Positions 1-9,592 of a DNA stretch of 64,000 nt are shown here, one piece after another (within the stretch, counting starts at the first letter, position 1; each line of letters opens with the position of its first letter). A program made the translations under genes and the position numbers. The notes under the pieces were generated by a model that saw only the letters and a program-made list of their open reading frames with translations, had not been told where the DNA came from and made no database searches. Source of the stretch: Chloroflexota bacterium (GTDB lineage: Bacteria; Chloroflexota; Dormibacteria; CF-121); contig VBID01000115.1 of assembly GCA_005880615.1 (NCBI GenBank), forward strand, positions 16,431-80,430, in the 5' to 3' direction.

Positions 1-1339
1 CGAACGGATGCGATTCGTCGGCTCCCTGGGCACGCGCCCGCGCCTGGTCCTCGAATCGGCCGCGCTGGTCGATCGGGTCGTTGATCTCGGAGAAGGCGTT
101 GGCGATCTCGGTGCGGGCGATGTACAGCTCGAAGCGGTCTGTCAGTCGCGGATCGTCCGCCCGCCGGCGGGCCAGGGGCGAGACTTCGACCGGATGCCCG
201 AGGACGAAAGTCGGCTGAAGCAGGCCAGGCTGGACCAGCGCCTCGAACAGGACGTTGACCAGGCCACCCCAGCCGAGACCTGGGTCGACGTCGATCTTGC
301 GGGCGCGGGCGATGTCCCGTAGCCGAGCCACGTCGGCCCGGCCGAGGTCCTCACCCACCGCCTGGTTGACGGCATCGAGCATCTCCAGCCGTCGAAAGGG
401 GCGGCTGGCGTCGATCGGCTCGCCCTGGTAAGTGAACGATGGCCCGCCGACGGTGACCTGCGCCAGGTGCGCGACCAGGCTCTCGGTCAGCTCCAGCATG
501 CCCTCCCAGTCCGTATACGCCTGGTAGACCTCGAGCATCGTGTACTCCGGGGTATGCCAGCGGTCCACCCCCTCATTGCGGAAGACGTGGCCAATCTCGT
601 AGACGCGCTCGAAGCCACCCACGATCAGGCGCTTCAGGTGCAGCTCCAGGGCGATGCGCAGGTAAAGCTCCATGTCCAGGGCGTTGTGGAACGTCTTGAA
701 CGGTCGGGCCAGGCCGCCACCCGGGATGGCTTGCAGGACCGGCGTCTCCACCTCCACGAAATCGCGCTGGGCGAGGAAGTTCCGGATCTCGCTGATGATC
801 CGGCTCCGGGTGACGAAGATGTCCTTGACTTCCGGGTTAGCTACCAGATCGAGGTACCGCTGGCGATAGCGGAGCTCCTTATCCTTCAGGCCGTGGTATT
901 TCTCGGGCAGCGGCCGCAGCGCCTTGGCCAGCAGCACGAACTCGTGGACCTCGCCGGTGATCTCCCCCCGCTTGGTGCGAAAGAGGGGGCCGCGGGCCCC
1001 AATGAAATCGCCCAGGTCGAGCTCGACGAAGCGCTGGTAGGCCGCCTCGCCGACCGCGTCCACCTTGACGTGCAGCTGCAGCCGGCCGGTCCCATCCTGG
1101 ATGTGGGCGAAGGTGGCTTTCCCCATGACGCGGATGGAGACCAGGCGGCCCGCCACCGACACCGGCTCGGTGCGCGCCTGCGGTCCTTCCCGCTTCTCGA
1201 CGTCTTCGAAGAGCGCTAGGGCCTCGGCGCAGGTGTGCGTCTTCCCGTAGCGACTCTGGTAGGGCTCGATGCCGGCAGCACGAAGGGCGTCGACCTTTCG
1301 CCGGCGATTGACCTCTTGCTCTGACGGGGCTTCGGCCAT
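1..1339 (-). CDS. lysS: lysyl-tRNA synthetase, class II (partial; C-terminus runs off window start)
   Basis: Reverse-strand translation from ATG at 1339 gives MAEAPSEQEVNRRRKVDALR...; class II LysS motifs (FELYIARTEIANAFSEINDP, HNPEFTMLE-like) continue in frame to position 1. Not in the ORF track because it is open at the window edge. Confidence 0.85.
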   Translation of the reverse strand, partial: MAEAPSEQEVNRRRKVDALRAAGIEPYQSRYGKTHTCAEALALFEDVEKREGPQARTEPVSVAGRLVSIRVMGKATFAHIQDGTGRLQLHVKVDAVGEAAYQRFVELDLGDFIGARGPLFRTKRGEITGEVHEFVLLAKALRPLPEKYHGLKDKELRYRQRYLDLVANPEVKDIFVTRSRIISEIRNFLAQRDFVEVETPVLQAIPGGGLARPFKTFHNALDMELYLRIALELHLKRLIVGGFERVYEIGHVFRNEGVDRWHTPEYTMLEVYQAYTDWEGMLELTESLVAHLAQVTVGGPSFTYQGEPIDASRPFRRLEMLDAVNQAVGEDLGRADVARLRDIARARKIDVDPGLGWGGLVNVLFEALVQPGLLQPTFVLGHPVEVSPLARRRADDPRLTDRFELYIARTEIANAFSEINDPIDQRGRFEDQARARAQGADESHPF

Positions 1340-1534
1340 CTGGGGAAGTTTAGCCGGGATCTACCGGATCGACCTTGCATCTCGGGCGCGAGACGGCCGA
1401 TCCGGGCGTTGGCTCCTGCGCGCGCTCGCTTACAGATCGATGGATATGCGCGCTCGCGGGCTCGTCGCCGCCTTCGGCTCGCCACCCCCGCATCCCGATC
1501 TGCGTCGGCCGACCGGTAGCTCCCGGCTTAGGTG

Positions 1535-2701
1535 CTAGAGGACATCGAATGCCCGCGGCACCATCGGCCGGTCTGGGCGAAATGGATTGGCGTCCGGCGA
1601 TAGCCGTCCGAGGATTGCGTCCACCGCCCGCCGACTGCCGCCAATGCTGCCCATAATGCCATGGCCGCTGTATCCGGTGTTGATGGCCAGTCCATCGACG
1701 CTGCTCGGGCCCAGCAGCGGCCGGCGGTCGGGCGTGTAGGTGTACTGGCCAGCCTGCAGCCACCATTGCAGCCGGGGCGAGGCCCATGCCTCTCGCCAGA
1801 ATGGCGTCACCCGGGCCAGGGCATGATCGCTCTCCGGATTGAGCAGGCCGAAGGCGAAATCGGCGCTGGTGGGCACGTCCTCGGCGGGCGGCTCGGCCGG
1901 CGCCGGCGCAGTCCAGAGGCCGAACGCACCGCGTAACCCGGGACGCCAGTGGGCGCCGGTCTCGACCTCGATGGTCATGGGGGCGTCCTGGGGGACCAGT
2001 GGCAAGTTCGGCACGATGAGCTTGTGGCGCCGAACGGTGGTCAGGCCAGGGTCCAGCCCGACGGTCGCCAGCAACGGCCCGGAGAGCGGCCCGGTGGCCA
2101 CCACAGTCCAGGGCGCGCTGACCTTGCCGGCGGCGGTCTGCACCCCGGTGACCCGGTCACCCTGGCGGAGGAATCCCGTGGCCGCGACCTCGAGGGCGAA
2201 GTCGGCACCGCTTTCCGCGGCCAGGGCCAGGGCCAGCCGCCGTGAATCGAGCCAGCCGTCCTGGCGGCCAAAGCGCCCGGCGTTCACGTTCGGGGCCAGG
2301 TACGCGAAGCGCCGTTGGGCCTCCTCCCCATCCATCAGCTCGACGTCCACGCCCCATCCCATCATCCGGCGGCCCATCGTCTGCAGCTGGCGCTGGCCGT
2401 CAGGTGTGCGACTGACGAACAGGTAGCCCTGATGGGTCAGTCCGATATCGTGCCGGCGGGCCAGTTGCTCGAAGAACGCCACGCTCTCGCGTACCAGTTC
2501 GATCTCCTCCGGGTTGTCGAACTGCAAGCGGAACCCACCGGTGGCGACCGGCGTGGTCAGGGTCGCCAGCGCCGCCCGCTTCTCGATGACCAGGGTGCGC
2601 AGGCCCGCATGGCGGGCGAAGTAGGCGGTGGCACAGCCGATGACGCCGCCCCCGACGATGACGACATCCGCGGTGGGAGGCAATCTGCCGACGAGCGCCA
2701 T
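1535..2701 (-). CDS. FAD-dependent oxidoreductase (DAO family; glycine/D-amino-acid oxidase-like)
   Basis: N-terminal VVIVGGGVIGCATAYFARHAGLRTLVIEK Rossmann dinucleotide-binding motif; C-terminal GHG..G motif typical of the DAO family. Confidence 0.8.
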   Translation of the reverse strand: MALVGRLPPTADVVIVGGGVIGCATAYFARHAGLRTLVIEKRAALATLTTPVATGGFRLQFDNPEEIELVRESVAFFEQLARRHDIGLTHQGYLFVSRTPDGQRQLQTMGRRMMGWGVDVELMDGEEAQRRFAYLAPNVNAGRFGRQDGWLDSRRLALALAAESGADFALEVAATGFLRQGDRVTGVQTAAGKVSAPWTVVATGPLSGPLLATVGLDPGLTTVRRHKLIVPNLPLVPQDAPMTIEVETGAHWRPGLRGAFGLWTAPAPAEPPAEDVPTSADFAFGLLNPESDHALARVTPFWREAWASPRLQWWLQAGQYTYTPDRRPLLGPSSVDGLAINTGYSGHGIMGSIGGSRRAVDAILGRLSPDANPFRPDRPMVPRAFDVL

Positions 2702-2904
2702 CTACATACCTTCGGATCGCAGGGAGGTCGCCATCCGGCGGGAATTTCGCTCCCCTTGGTGCGGCTCGCGAAATTCGAGGCCTCGCCCGACCGACGCAGA
2801 TACGCGCAACCCTAGCCTCTTCCTGAGCGCGGGAGTCGGGCGCGTGCTGTGCTGCCACGCGGTGCTCCGGTCGGGCTCGGAGCTCGCCACCTGACTGTGG
2901 CTCG

Positions 2905-3372
2905 CTACCGGACCTCAATGATCAGCATCCGGGTGACCCCACTCGGGGTGGTCACCTGGACGTCGTCGCCCACCCGCTTGCCGATCAGCGCCTTGCCCAC
3001 CGGGGACTCCATCGAGATCCGCCCCTTGCTGGGCTCGGCCTCGGTCGAGCCGACGATGGTGAAGGCCTCGTCCCCATACTCGTCGTGGACCTTGACCGTG
3101 GAACCCACGTCCACCACGCCGGCCGAGTGGTGCTCGTCGATGATGGTGGCGTTGCGGAGCAGCTTCTCTAGCAGGAGGATGCGGCCCTCCACGAATCCCT
3201 GCTCGTTCTTGGCGTCGTCGTACTCGGCGTTCTCGTTGATGTCGCCGAATTCCTTGGCCTGGCGGATGCGCTCCGCCACTTCCGGGCGGCGCTTGTTGCG
3301 CAGGAAGTTCAGCTCCTCCTGCAGCCGGTTGTAGCCGTCCTGGGTCAGAAAGACAGGCTTCTCGTTCTCCAT
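2905..3372 (-). CDS. greA: transcription elongation factor GreA
   Basis: 155 aa; LTQDGYNRLQEELNFLR...RPEVAERIRQAKEFGDINENAEYDDAK is the canonical GreA N-terminal coiled-coil plus FKBP-like C-terminal domain. Confidence 0.95.
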   Translation of the reverse strand: MENEKPVFLTQDGYNRLQEELNFLRNKRRPEVAERIRQAKEFGDINENAEYDDAKNEQGFVEGRILLLEKLLRNATIIDEHHSAGVVDVGSTVKVHDEYGDEAFTIVGSTEAEPSKGRISMESPVGKALIGKRVGDDVQVTTPSGVTRMLIIEVR

Positions 3373-3411
3373 AGTTCTCTCCAGCTCCGCCCCGACCCCC
3401 TCGTCAAGTGG

Positions 3412-3448
3412 CGGAAAAGCCGCCGTATTATACGGGATTCCCGGCGGC
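3412..3448 (-). terminator. intrinsic terminator-like hairpin downstream of lipoprotein gene / upstream of greA
   Basis: Minus-strand GCCGCCG-(16 nt loop containing TATAAT)-CGGCGGC followed by TTTTCC. Confidence 0.4.
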
Positions 3449-3472
3449 GTGCCGGCCGGAGAGGGAGCGCCG

Positions 3473-3931
3473 CTACTGCAGAGTTACTTCGGCCGGCGGC
3501 AGGTTCTCTGAGACGCGGGTGCCGGCTCCCATCGGCAGGGTGAACAGGAAGAGGCCGTGAATTGTATAGCGGCCGGGGTGGAGAGTGGCAGACACCGGCC
3601 AATCGACCTGGAAGGTGGCGGTCTGGCCCGCCGCGAGCTGCTGGTTCGTGAGGGCCATGCAAGTCACCTCGGGGGCGGGCTCGGTCCAAGCCCGCTGGTG
3701 CTGGGTGTCCAGCACCCAGAGTCGCACGGTTTGCACGCACCCGGCTTCGTATTCGGTCGGTCCGGTCACTGTGACCGTGGCGTGGACCGTGCCCCCCGGG
3801 CTGAGCCGGTCGGGAGCGGCGACCAGGGTCAACTGACCCGGTTCGGCGCTGGGTCCCGGATCGCCAATGACCTGGCCGCCGCACCCGCAGAGGAGGAGGC
3901 TGGTCAGCAGGGTAGCCAGGGCAAAGCGCAT
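3473..3931 (-). CDS. hypothetical lipoprotein
   Basis: Internal Met of ORF 3473..4150. MRFALATLLTSLLLCGCGG has a signal peptide plus L-C-G-C lipobox. The upstream part of the ORF lacks coding character and overlaps the dusB-like gene end. Confidence 0.6.
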   Translation of the reverse strand: MRFALATLLTSLLLCGCGGQVIGDPGPSAEPGQLTLVAAPDRLSPGGTVHATVTVTGPTEYEAGCVQTVRLWVLDTQHQRAWTEPAPEVTCMALTNQQLAAGQTATFQVDWPVSATLHPGRYTIHGLFLFTLPMGAGTRVSENLPPAEVTLQ

Positions 3932-3975
3932 CACCCATAAGACGGAGTCCGACCCGAAAAGTTCGCTGGGCCGGG

Positions 3976-5001
3976 CTAGGCGACAGCCTGGCAGGACTCG
4001 GCGACCGGCGCTTCCTCGTCGGCCGTGGTCAGCAAGCCCGGGTCGGTCCGCAAGGCCTCGTCGAGCACCACGTCGACCTGCTCCGGACCGGTCAGGGTGT
4101 TGACCATCTCGCGCAGCCGGGGTGCCCCTTTGAACCCCTTCAATCCCCAAGCCACGAACTTTCGCAGCAGCCGGGAGCCCCGCTCCGGCCCGTAGTACTC
4201 GAGCACCAGGTCACAATGGCGGCGCACCAGCGCGATCCGCTCCGCCCACGAGAGATCGGGCAGACGGTCACCGGTCTGCAGGTGGTACACGGTCTGCCGG
4301 ATCAACCAGAGGTTGCCGAGGATTCCGCGACCGAGCATGACCGCATCCACGGCGGTCTGCTCCTGGCGCGCGGCGGCGTCCACATCGCGCCGCAGGTCGC
4401 CGCTGCCGGCCACCGGGATGCGTACGGCCGCCTTGACCTGACCGATGGCCTCCCAGTCGGCCCACGGATCGTAGCCCTGACTCCGGGTACGGCCATGCAC
4501 CGCCAGCGCCGACACTCCCGCGGCTTCCAGGAGGCGAGCCATCTGCAGGTAGTTGCGGGACTCGAAGTCCCAACCCAGCCGGATCTTGGTCGTAACCGGG
4601 ACCCGGACGGCGGCGACCACCGCCGCGGCCACTCGAGCAGCCCGATCGGGCTCGCGCAGGAGTGACGCGCCACCGGAGGTCTTGACCACTTTGGGCACCG
4701 GGCAACCCATGTTGATATCCACGATGTCCGCGCCATGCGCCTCCGCCATCCGGGCGGCCTCGGCCATCACCTCGGGGCTGCCGCCCATCAGCTGGACGGA
4801 CACCGGCCGCCGGTCCCAGCGCAGGTCCATCAAACGGAACGACTCCGGGTTGCGGCGCACGAGCGCCTCGCTGCTGATCATCTCAGTGCAGGCCAGCCCG
4901 GCTCCGAACTCGGCAGCCAGCCGGCGGAACGGGGCATCGGTGACCCCGGCCATGGGGGCCACGTAGACCGGGGACGGCAGCCGGTAGGGTCCGACCAACA
5001 T
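3976..5001 (-). CDS. dusB: tRNA-dihydrouridine synthase (DusB-like, TIM-barrel FMN enzyme)
   Basis: YVAPMAGVTDAPFRRL...DINMGCPVPKV...IRLGWD motifs of the Dus family. Confidence 0.9.
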   Translation of the reverse strand: MLVGPYRLPSPVYVAPMAGVTDAPFRRLAAEFGAGLACTEMISSEALVRRNPESFRLMDLRWDRRPVSVQLMGGSPEVMAEAARMAEAHGADIVDINMGCPVPKVVKTSGGASLLREPDRAARVAAAVVAAVRVPVTTKIRLGWDFESRNYLQMARLLEAAGVSALAVHGRTRSQGYDPWADWEAIGQVKAAVRIPVAGSGDLRRDVDAAARQEQTAVDAVMLGRGILGNLWLIRQTVYHLQTGDRLPDLSWAERIALVRRHCDLVLEYYGPERGSRLLRKFVAWGLKGFKGAPRLREMVNTLTGPEQVDVVLDEALRTDPGLLTTADEEAPVAESCQAVA

Positions 5002-5003
5002 GG

Positions 5004-5789
5004 TCAGTCGCCCACCTGTGCGCGCGGCGCATTGAGTTCATAGACCAGGCGCAAGCCATCGAGCATGAGTCCGTCGTCCACTTCCTCGATGATCGTCGTT
5101 TCCGGCGCAATCACGCTGGCCATACCACCGGTGGCGATCACCCGAGCCTCGTCGCCCAGCTCCCGCCGCAGGCGGGCCACCATCCCCTCCACCTGGGCCA
5201 CAAAGCCATAAATGATCCCAGCCTGGAGGCTTTCGCCGGTGGTGCGGCCGATGACCGACGGCGGTGGCTTGAGCTCGACCCGGAAGAGGCGGGCGCCGTG
5301 CTGGACCAGGGCGTCGATCGAGATCTGGACGCCGGGGGCGATGGCGCCACCCAGGTATTCCCCATCGCGTGACACGGCATCGTAGGTCGTCCCGGTACCG
5401 AAGTCGATGATGATGAGCGGACCGCCGTACTTCCGAAACGCCGCCAGGGACGCCACGATCCGGTCGGCACCCACCTCGCGGGGGTCCTCGTAACGGATCT
5501 TGAGCCCGGTCTTGACGCCCGGCATGACCATCAGCGGCTCGCAGTGGAAGTAGCGCCGCACCGCCTCGGCCAGGCGGGCATTGAGGGGAGGGACGACGCT
5601 GGATACGGCCGCGCCGCGGATCGCAGCGGCATCGATGTCGGCCTCCCGCATCAGCTGGGTGAAGACCAGGCCAAGCTCGTCCGACGTGCTGTCCAGGCGG
5701 GTGGGAATGCGCCAGTCGTGGAGCCGGCGGTCCCCATCGAAGACGCCGAACTTGATCCCGTCATTGCCCACGTCGATGGCCAGCAGCAT
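5004..5789 (-). CDS. coaX: type III pantothenate kinase
   Basis: MLLAIDVGNDGIKFGVF...IIDFGTGTTYDAV...ATGGMA; Bvg accessory factor/CoaX family. Start taken at the Met preceding LLAIDVGN rather than the ORF's first Met at 5828. Confidence 0.9.
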   Translation of the reverse strand: MLLAIDVGNDGIKFGVFDGDRRLHDWRIPTRLDSTSDELGLVFTQLMREADIDAAAIRGAAVSSVVPPLNARLAEAVRRYFHCEPLMVMPGVKTGLKIRYEDPREVGADRIVASLAAFRKYGGPLIIIDFGTGTTYDAVSRDGEYLGGAIAPGVQISIDALVQHGARLFRVELKPPPSVIGRTTGESLQAGIIYGFVAQVEGMVARLRRELGDEARVIATGGMASVIAPETTIIEEVDDGLMLDGLRLVYELNAPRAQVGD

Positions 5790-5831
5790 GCTGGAAGTGT
5801 AACGAGGGAGCCCTGCCAGAATGGTCACACG

Positions 5832-6107
5832 GTGCGTGACCTGAAGCTGGATCCCGCCGAGGTGGCACGCGAGATCCGGCCGTTCTGGCAGGACGGCCGA
5901 ATCCTGCGCTGGCCGGCCCGCGATGCGCGCCGCCGGATGGTGCTGGCCGAGGTGGCCAGGATCTTCCCCCTCGGAAAGCGCCTTCCCGAGGAGGAGGTCG
6001 ATCGAGAGCTGCGTGGGATCTGGCCGGACTACTGCCAGCTGCGGCGCGCCCTAGTCGACTATGAGTTCCTGGCGCGCAAAGCCGGCCGCTACTGGCGGGT
6101 TGGGTAA
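5832..6107 (+). CDS. DUF2087-domain protein (small, standalone)
   Basis: C-terminal ILRWPARDARRRMVLAEVARIFPLGKRLPEEEVDRELRGIWPDYCQLRRALVDYEFLARKAGRYW resembles DUF2087. The 5' part of ORF 5544..6107 is antisense to coaX, so the start is placed at GTG ~5832. Confidence 0.5.
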   Translation: MRDLKLDPAEVAREIRPFWQDGRILRWPARDARRRMVLAEVARIFPLGKRLPEEEVDRELRGIWPDYCQLRRALVDYEFLARKAGRYWRVG

Positions 6108-6108
6108 C

Positions 6109-6148
6109 GAGACCCCCACCCGACCTCCCCCGCAACGGGGGAGGAGAA
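6109..6148. repeat. GC-rich hairpin element copy (GAGACCCCCACCC..CCTCCCCC-GCAAC-GGGGGAGG) between convergent genes
   Basis: Perfect inverted repeat preceded by a C-tract motif; same family as elements at 12534, 16676, 25799, 29861, 29992, 61024-61312 and 62771. Confidence 0.8.
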
Positions 6149-6179
6149 CTAGCCGGAGAGGGGAGTCGGAGACAGGAAC

Positions 6180-7016
6180 CTAGTAGATGTCTTCTTTGCG
6201 GGAATCTTCGTCGACTTCGGGGAACTCGAGGGTGGTTTCGGTTTCCCCCTCCTCGACGGTGTGCATCCCTTCCAGCTCTTCGGACTCCGGAGCTTCCTCT
6301 TCGGTTTCTTCCGGGTCCACCGAACGGGCGATGAGAGACTCCTTGGCGTAGGGGCGGAACTCTTCGCGGCCCCGCTTGATAGGGAAGGACGGCTTGCCGT
6401 AGAACTTCGGGTCCTGGTAGGTCTCCCGGACGATGAGCTTGACGGCGTTGCCCTCACAGCTGGCCACGGCGCCCGCGTACTGGTTGCCGCCTTGCATGAA
6501 CTTGATCAGCCGGCGACCCATGGCGTGTTCCAGGTGCCCCAGGGTCACCCCCCGGACGCTCTCCACGTTCAGGGTGTCCCCGGCGACGACCAGCTTCACC
6601 GGCTCGCCGCCGGTCACCTTGCTGCAGGGATCGGCATCGTTGTGGACGTGCAGGCCGGTCAGGATGCTCTTGCCCATCTCCTCGATGAAGAGATCGACGC
6701 CCACCTGGGTCTGGCCGGTGGGAACCTGCTCCTTCCGCTCCCGCCAGGCACGCAGTTTGGCCATGTTCTTCTGGGCGATCTGGTTGAGCGGGTTCACCTT
6801 GAGGGCGCCCTCGTAGGCCGCCAGGGCGTCCTCCACCCGGCCCAGCTCGGTGTAGGCCTTGCCCAGCCGGTTGAGCGTCTCCTCGTCGGGGCCGAACCGG
6901 TCCAGGATGGCCCGATTCAGCTCGACCGCATTCGCCCACTTGCTGGCCAGGGCCACCTCGATGGCCTCATCGACGTACTGGGAGCGGGGTTTCACCCGTT
7001 CGGCGTACTCTGCCAC
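6180..7016 (-). CDS. TPR-repeat protein with an uncharacterised C-terminal domain and acidic tail
   Basis: N-terminal TPR-like helices (LNRLGKAYTELGRVEDALAAYEGALKVNPLNQIAQKNMAKL), a ~150-aa central domain of unknown family, and a Glu-rich C-terminus. Confidence 0.6.
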   Translation of the reverse strand: MAEYAERVKPRSQYVDEAIEVALASKWANAVELNRAILDRFGPDEETLNRLGKAYTELGRVEDALAAYEGALKVNPLNQIAQKNMAKLRAWRERKEQVPTGQTQVGVDLFIEEMGKSILTGLHVHNDADPCSKVTGGEPVKLVVAGDTLNVESVRGVTLGHLEHAMGRRLIKFMQGGNQYAGAVASCEGNAVKLIVRETYQDPKFYGKPSFPIKRGREEFRPYAKESLIARSVDPEETEEEAPESEELEGMHTVEEGETETTLEFPEVDEDSRKEDIY

Positions 7017-7201
7017 GGTCTTTGCCTTCCTCCTGTGCGCGTATACCCTACGGGCGGTCCAGAAGTGTTGTCAAGCGATCAAGTAGGGTTCCCGTCCTGC
7101 CACAACGTCAAACCCGCTCGGCTCTTGTGAGCCCGCGCCGGCGCATTATTAAGAGGTATTAGAGAGGGGCGTCCGCCGGCCAATTTCGAATTGGACTCAA
7201 A

Positions 7202-7230
7202 TTGACAGAGGTAGGGCAACCGTGTATAAA
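7202..7230 (+). promoter_or_regulatory. sigma-70-like promoter (TTGACA-17 bp-TATAAA) upstream of the liv operon
   Basis: Near-consensus -35/-10 with a 17-bp spacer inside an unusually AT-rich island (7141-7260) in a ~70% GC context; ~65 nt upstream of the livJ-like ATG, which carries an AGGAGG RBS. Confidence 0.5.
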
Positions 7231-7294
7231 AGGCTCGCAATTCTCGGGACTGTATTCTTGCGTCAACACGACAGTAATAGGTAGGAGGAAGGGT

Positions 7295-8560
7295 ATGAAT
7301 AGCCCCAAGTTGCTAGCCGGGCTCGCGGTCACGGGCCTGATCCTAGCGGCCTGCGGCGGGGGTGGGACGACCACCCAGACGATCAAGGGGACGATCAAGA
7401 TCGGTATTGACCTGCCGGTCACTGGCGAGGATGCGTCGGATGGACTGCCCGCCCAGCAGGGGGGGAAGCTGGCCATCACCCAGAAAGGCAAGGTGTGCGG
7501 CGCGTCCAGCCACGCGGACGCCTGCTTTACCCTGACTGCCTTCCCGCTGGACGACGCCGTCAACGGCGTCCACGATCCCAAGCAGGGCGCCGCCAACGTC
7601 CAGCAGTTCGTCGCCGACTCGGCGGTGCTGGGCATGATGGGGCCGTTCAACAGCTCGGTCGCCCGGGCCGAGATCCCGATTGCCAACAGCGTCAACCTGA
7701 CCATGGTCAGCCCATCCAACACGAATGAGTGCCTGACCCAGGAGCCCGCGGACGGCCACTGCAAGGGCCAGGCGAAGATCCTTCGCAACAACAGCACCAA
7801 GAACAACTACTTCCGGGTCTGCACCACCGACCTCATCCAGGGTCCGGCGGCGGCCGACTACGCCTACAACAAGCTGGGCAAGAAGAAGGTCTACATCCTG
7901 AATGACCAGCAGACCTACGGACTGGGCATCGCCCAGAACTTCGCCAAGCAGTTCGCGGCGGATGGCGGCACGGTGCTCAACACGGACCTGGGCGGGTTCG
8001 ACCCGACTGCCACGACCGACTTCAAGTCGAAGCTGACCCAGGCTGCCTCGTTGGGCGCCGACGTGGTCTTCTTCGGCGGCACCACCGCCACCAAGGGCGG
8101 GGTCATTCGCAAGCAGATGAAGGGCATCCTGGACGTCCCGTACGTGGCCGGTGACGGCATCTCGGGCGACCAGTTCCTGAAGGACGCGGCGCCCAACGCC
8201 GCCAACAGCTACTTCACGGTGGCAGGCCCCTACGCCAGCCAGCTGCCCACAGCCACGGCCATGATCGCCGCCTACAAGACGGCCTTCGGCACCGACATCG
8301 GCGCCTACAGCGCCCAGGGCTACGACGCGGTGGGCGTGATCATCGCGGCCATCAGCCGGGCCGTCGACGACGCCGGCGGCAACATGCCGACCCGTGACCA
8401 GGTCACGGCCGAAATGCTGAAGACTACGACCTACTCAGGTGCCATGGGCACATTCGGCTTCGACGGCAATGGCGACACCACGCTCAAGATCATTACCGTC
8501 TACAAGTGGAACCCCGATACGGGAAAGTCCGACTACGCCGACCAGGTGACCGTCAAGTAG
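7295..8560 (+). CDS. livJ: branched-chain amino-acid ABC transporter substrate-binding lipoprotein (LivJ/LivK family)
   Basis: Start at internal ATG with AGGAGG RBS 6 nt upstream. MNSPKLLAGLAVTGLILAACGGG has a signal peptide and lipobox. Type I periplasmic-binding fold; followed by livHMGF. Confidence 0.85.
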   Translation: MNSPKLLAGLAVTGLILAACGGGGTTTQTIKGTIKIGIDLPVTGEDASDGLPAQQGGKLAITQKGKVCGASSHADACFTLTAFPLDDAVNGVHDPKQGAANVQQFVADSAVLGMMGPFNSSVARAEIPIANSVNLTMVSPSNTNECLTQEPADGHCKGQAKILRNNSTKNNYFRVCTTDLIQGPAAADYAYNKLGKKKVYILNDQQTYGLGIAQNFAKQFAADGGTVLNTDLGGFDPTATTDFKSKLTQAASLGADVVFFGGTTATKGGVIRKQMKGILDVPYVAGDGISGDQFLKDAAPNAANSYFTVAGPYASQLPTATAMIAAYKTAFGTDIGAYSAQGYDAVGVIIAAISRAVDDAGGNMPTRDQVTAEMLKTTTYSGAMGTFGFDGNGDTTLKIITVYKWNPDTGKSDYADQVTVK

Positions 8561-8581
8561 GATCCGGGCGTTGACAGCGAC

Positions 8582-8612
8582 GGGGCAGGGCGTTGGCCCT
8601 GCCCCGTTTCTT
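8582..8612 (+). terminator. intrinsic (attenuating) terminator between SBP gene and permease genes
   Basis: GGGGCAGGGC-GTTG-GCCCTGCCCC followed by GTTTCTT. Confidence 0.7.
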
Positions 8613-8680
8613 GCTCCGGGTGGGGGCCGGGCGACCCTTGGCGCTACACTGGGCAGCAACCAAAAGCGGGAAGGGGACGG

Positions 8681-9592
8681 GTGAAGTTCTTCGTCGACCA
8701 GCTGGTGCTGGGGCTGACTAACGGGGCCATCTACGCGCTGATTGCGCTGGGCTACACGCTGGTCTACGGGATCATCGAGCTGATCAACTTTGCCCACGGG
8801 GACGTGTTTACGGTCGGGGGAATTATCGGGCTGACGCTGATCGGCATTTTTCGCCTGGAGCACCTCTCCCCGGCGCTGCTGGTGCCGGCCGTGATCCTGC
8901 TCTTCGCCGCCACCATGACCATCACCGGGTTCCTCGGGGTGGCGATCGAGCGGCTCGCCTACCGGCCGCTTCGCAACGCCCCCCGCCTGGCCCCCCTGAT
9001 CACGGCGGTCGGGGTCTCCTTCGTGCTGGAAGGCATCCTCTTTATGGTCAAAGGCGCCAACCAGATCTCCTATCCGAATTTGCTGCCGTCGGGCAAGATC
9101 GGAGGCGGCGCCTTCGAGATCGGCATCACCAACCTGATCATCATCATCATTGCCCTCGTCCTGATGGTCGGCCTGCACCAGTTCATCCAGCGCACCCGGA
9201 TCGGACGCGCCATGCGGGCCACCGCTCAGGACCGGGACGCGGCCCGGCTGATGGGCATCGATATCAACCGCACCATCGCCATCACCTTCTTCATCGGTTC
9301 GGCGCTGGCGGCAGCCGGCGGCATCATCTTCGGCTTCTACTACCAGTCGATCGTCTTCGACCAGGGTTTCGAGGCAGGCCTCTTCGCCTTCACGGCCGCC
9401 GTGTTCGGCGGCATCGGCAACGTGATCGGCGCCTCCCTGGGCGGGTTCGTGATCGGCTTGATCCTGACCTTCGTGGCCGGCTACTGGTCCGGCGGCTTGC
9501 AGTGGGCCAGCGTGGTGGTGTTCAGCATCCTGATCCTGACCCTGGTCTTCCGGCCCACCGGACTGCTGGGGATGCGGGTAGCGGAGCGATGA
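8681..9592 (+). CDS. livH: branched-chain amino-acid ABC transporter permease LivH
   Basis: MKFFVDQLVLGLTNGAIYALIALGYTLVYG... is the canonical LivH N-terminus; multi-TM; GTG start. Confidence 0.9.
   Translation: MKFFVDQLVLGLTNGAIYALIALGYTLVYGIIELINFAHGDVFTVGGIIGLTLIGIFRLEHLSPALLVPAVILLFAATMTITGFLGVAIERLAYRPLRNAPRLAPLITAVGVSFVLEGILFMVKGANQISYPNLLPSGKIGGGAFEIGITNLIIIIIALVLMVGLHQFIQRTRIGRAMRATAQDRDAARLMGIDINRTIAITFFIGSALAAAGGIIFGFYYQSIVFDQGFEAGLFAFTAAVFGGIGNVIGASLGGFVIGLILTFVAGYWSGGLQWASVVVFSILILTLVFRPTGLLGMRVAER

Noticed and set aside
467-1219. 250-aa plus-strand ORF (and neighbours 672..869, 1065..1250)
   Set aside because: Antisense shadow of lysS in high-GC DNA. Leu/Arg/Ala-rich low-complexity translation, whereas the opposite strand gives a full-length class II LysS.
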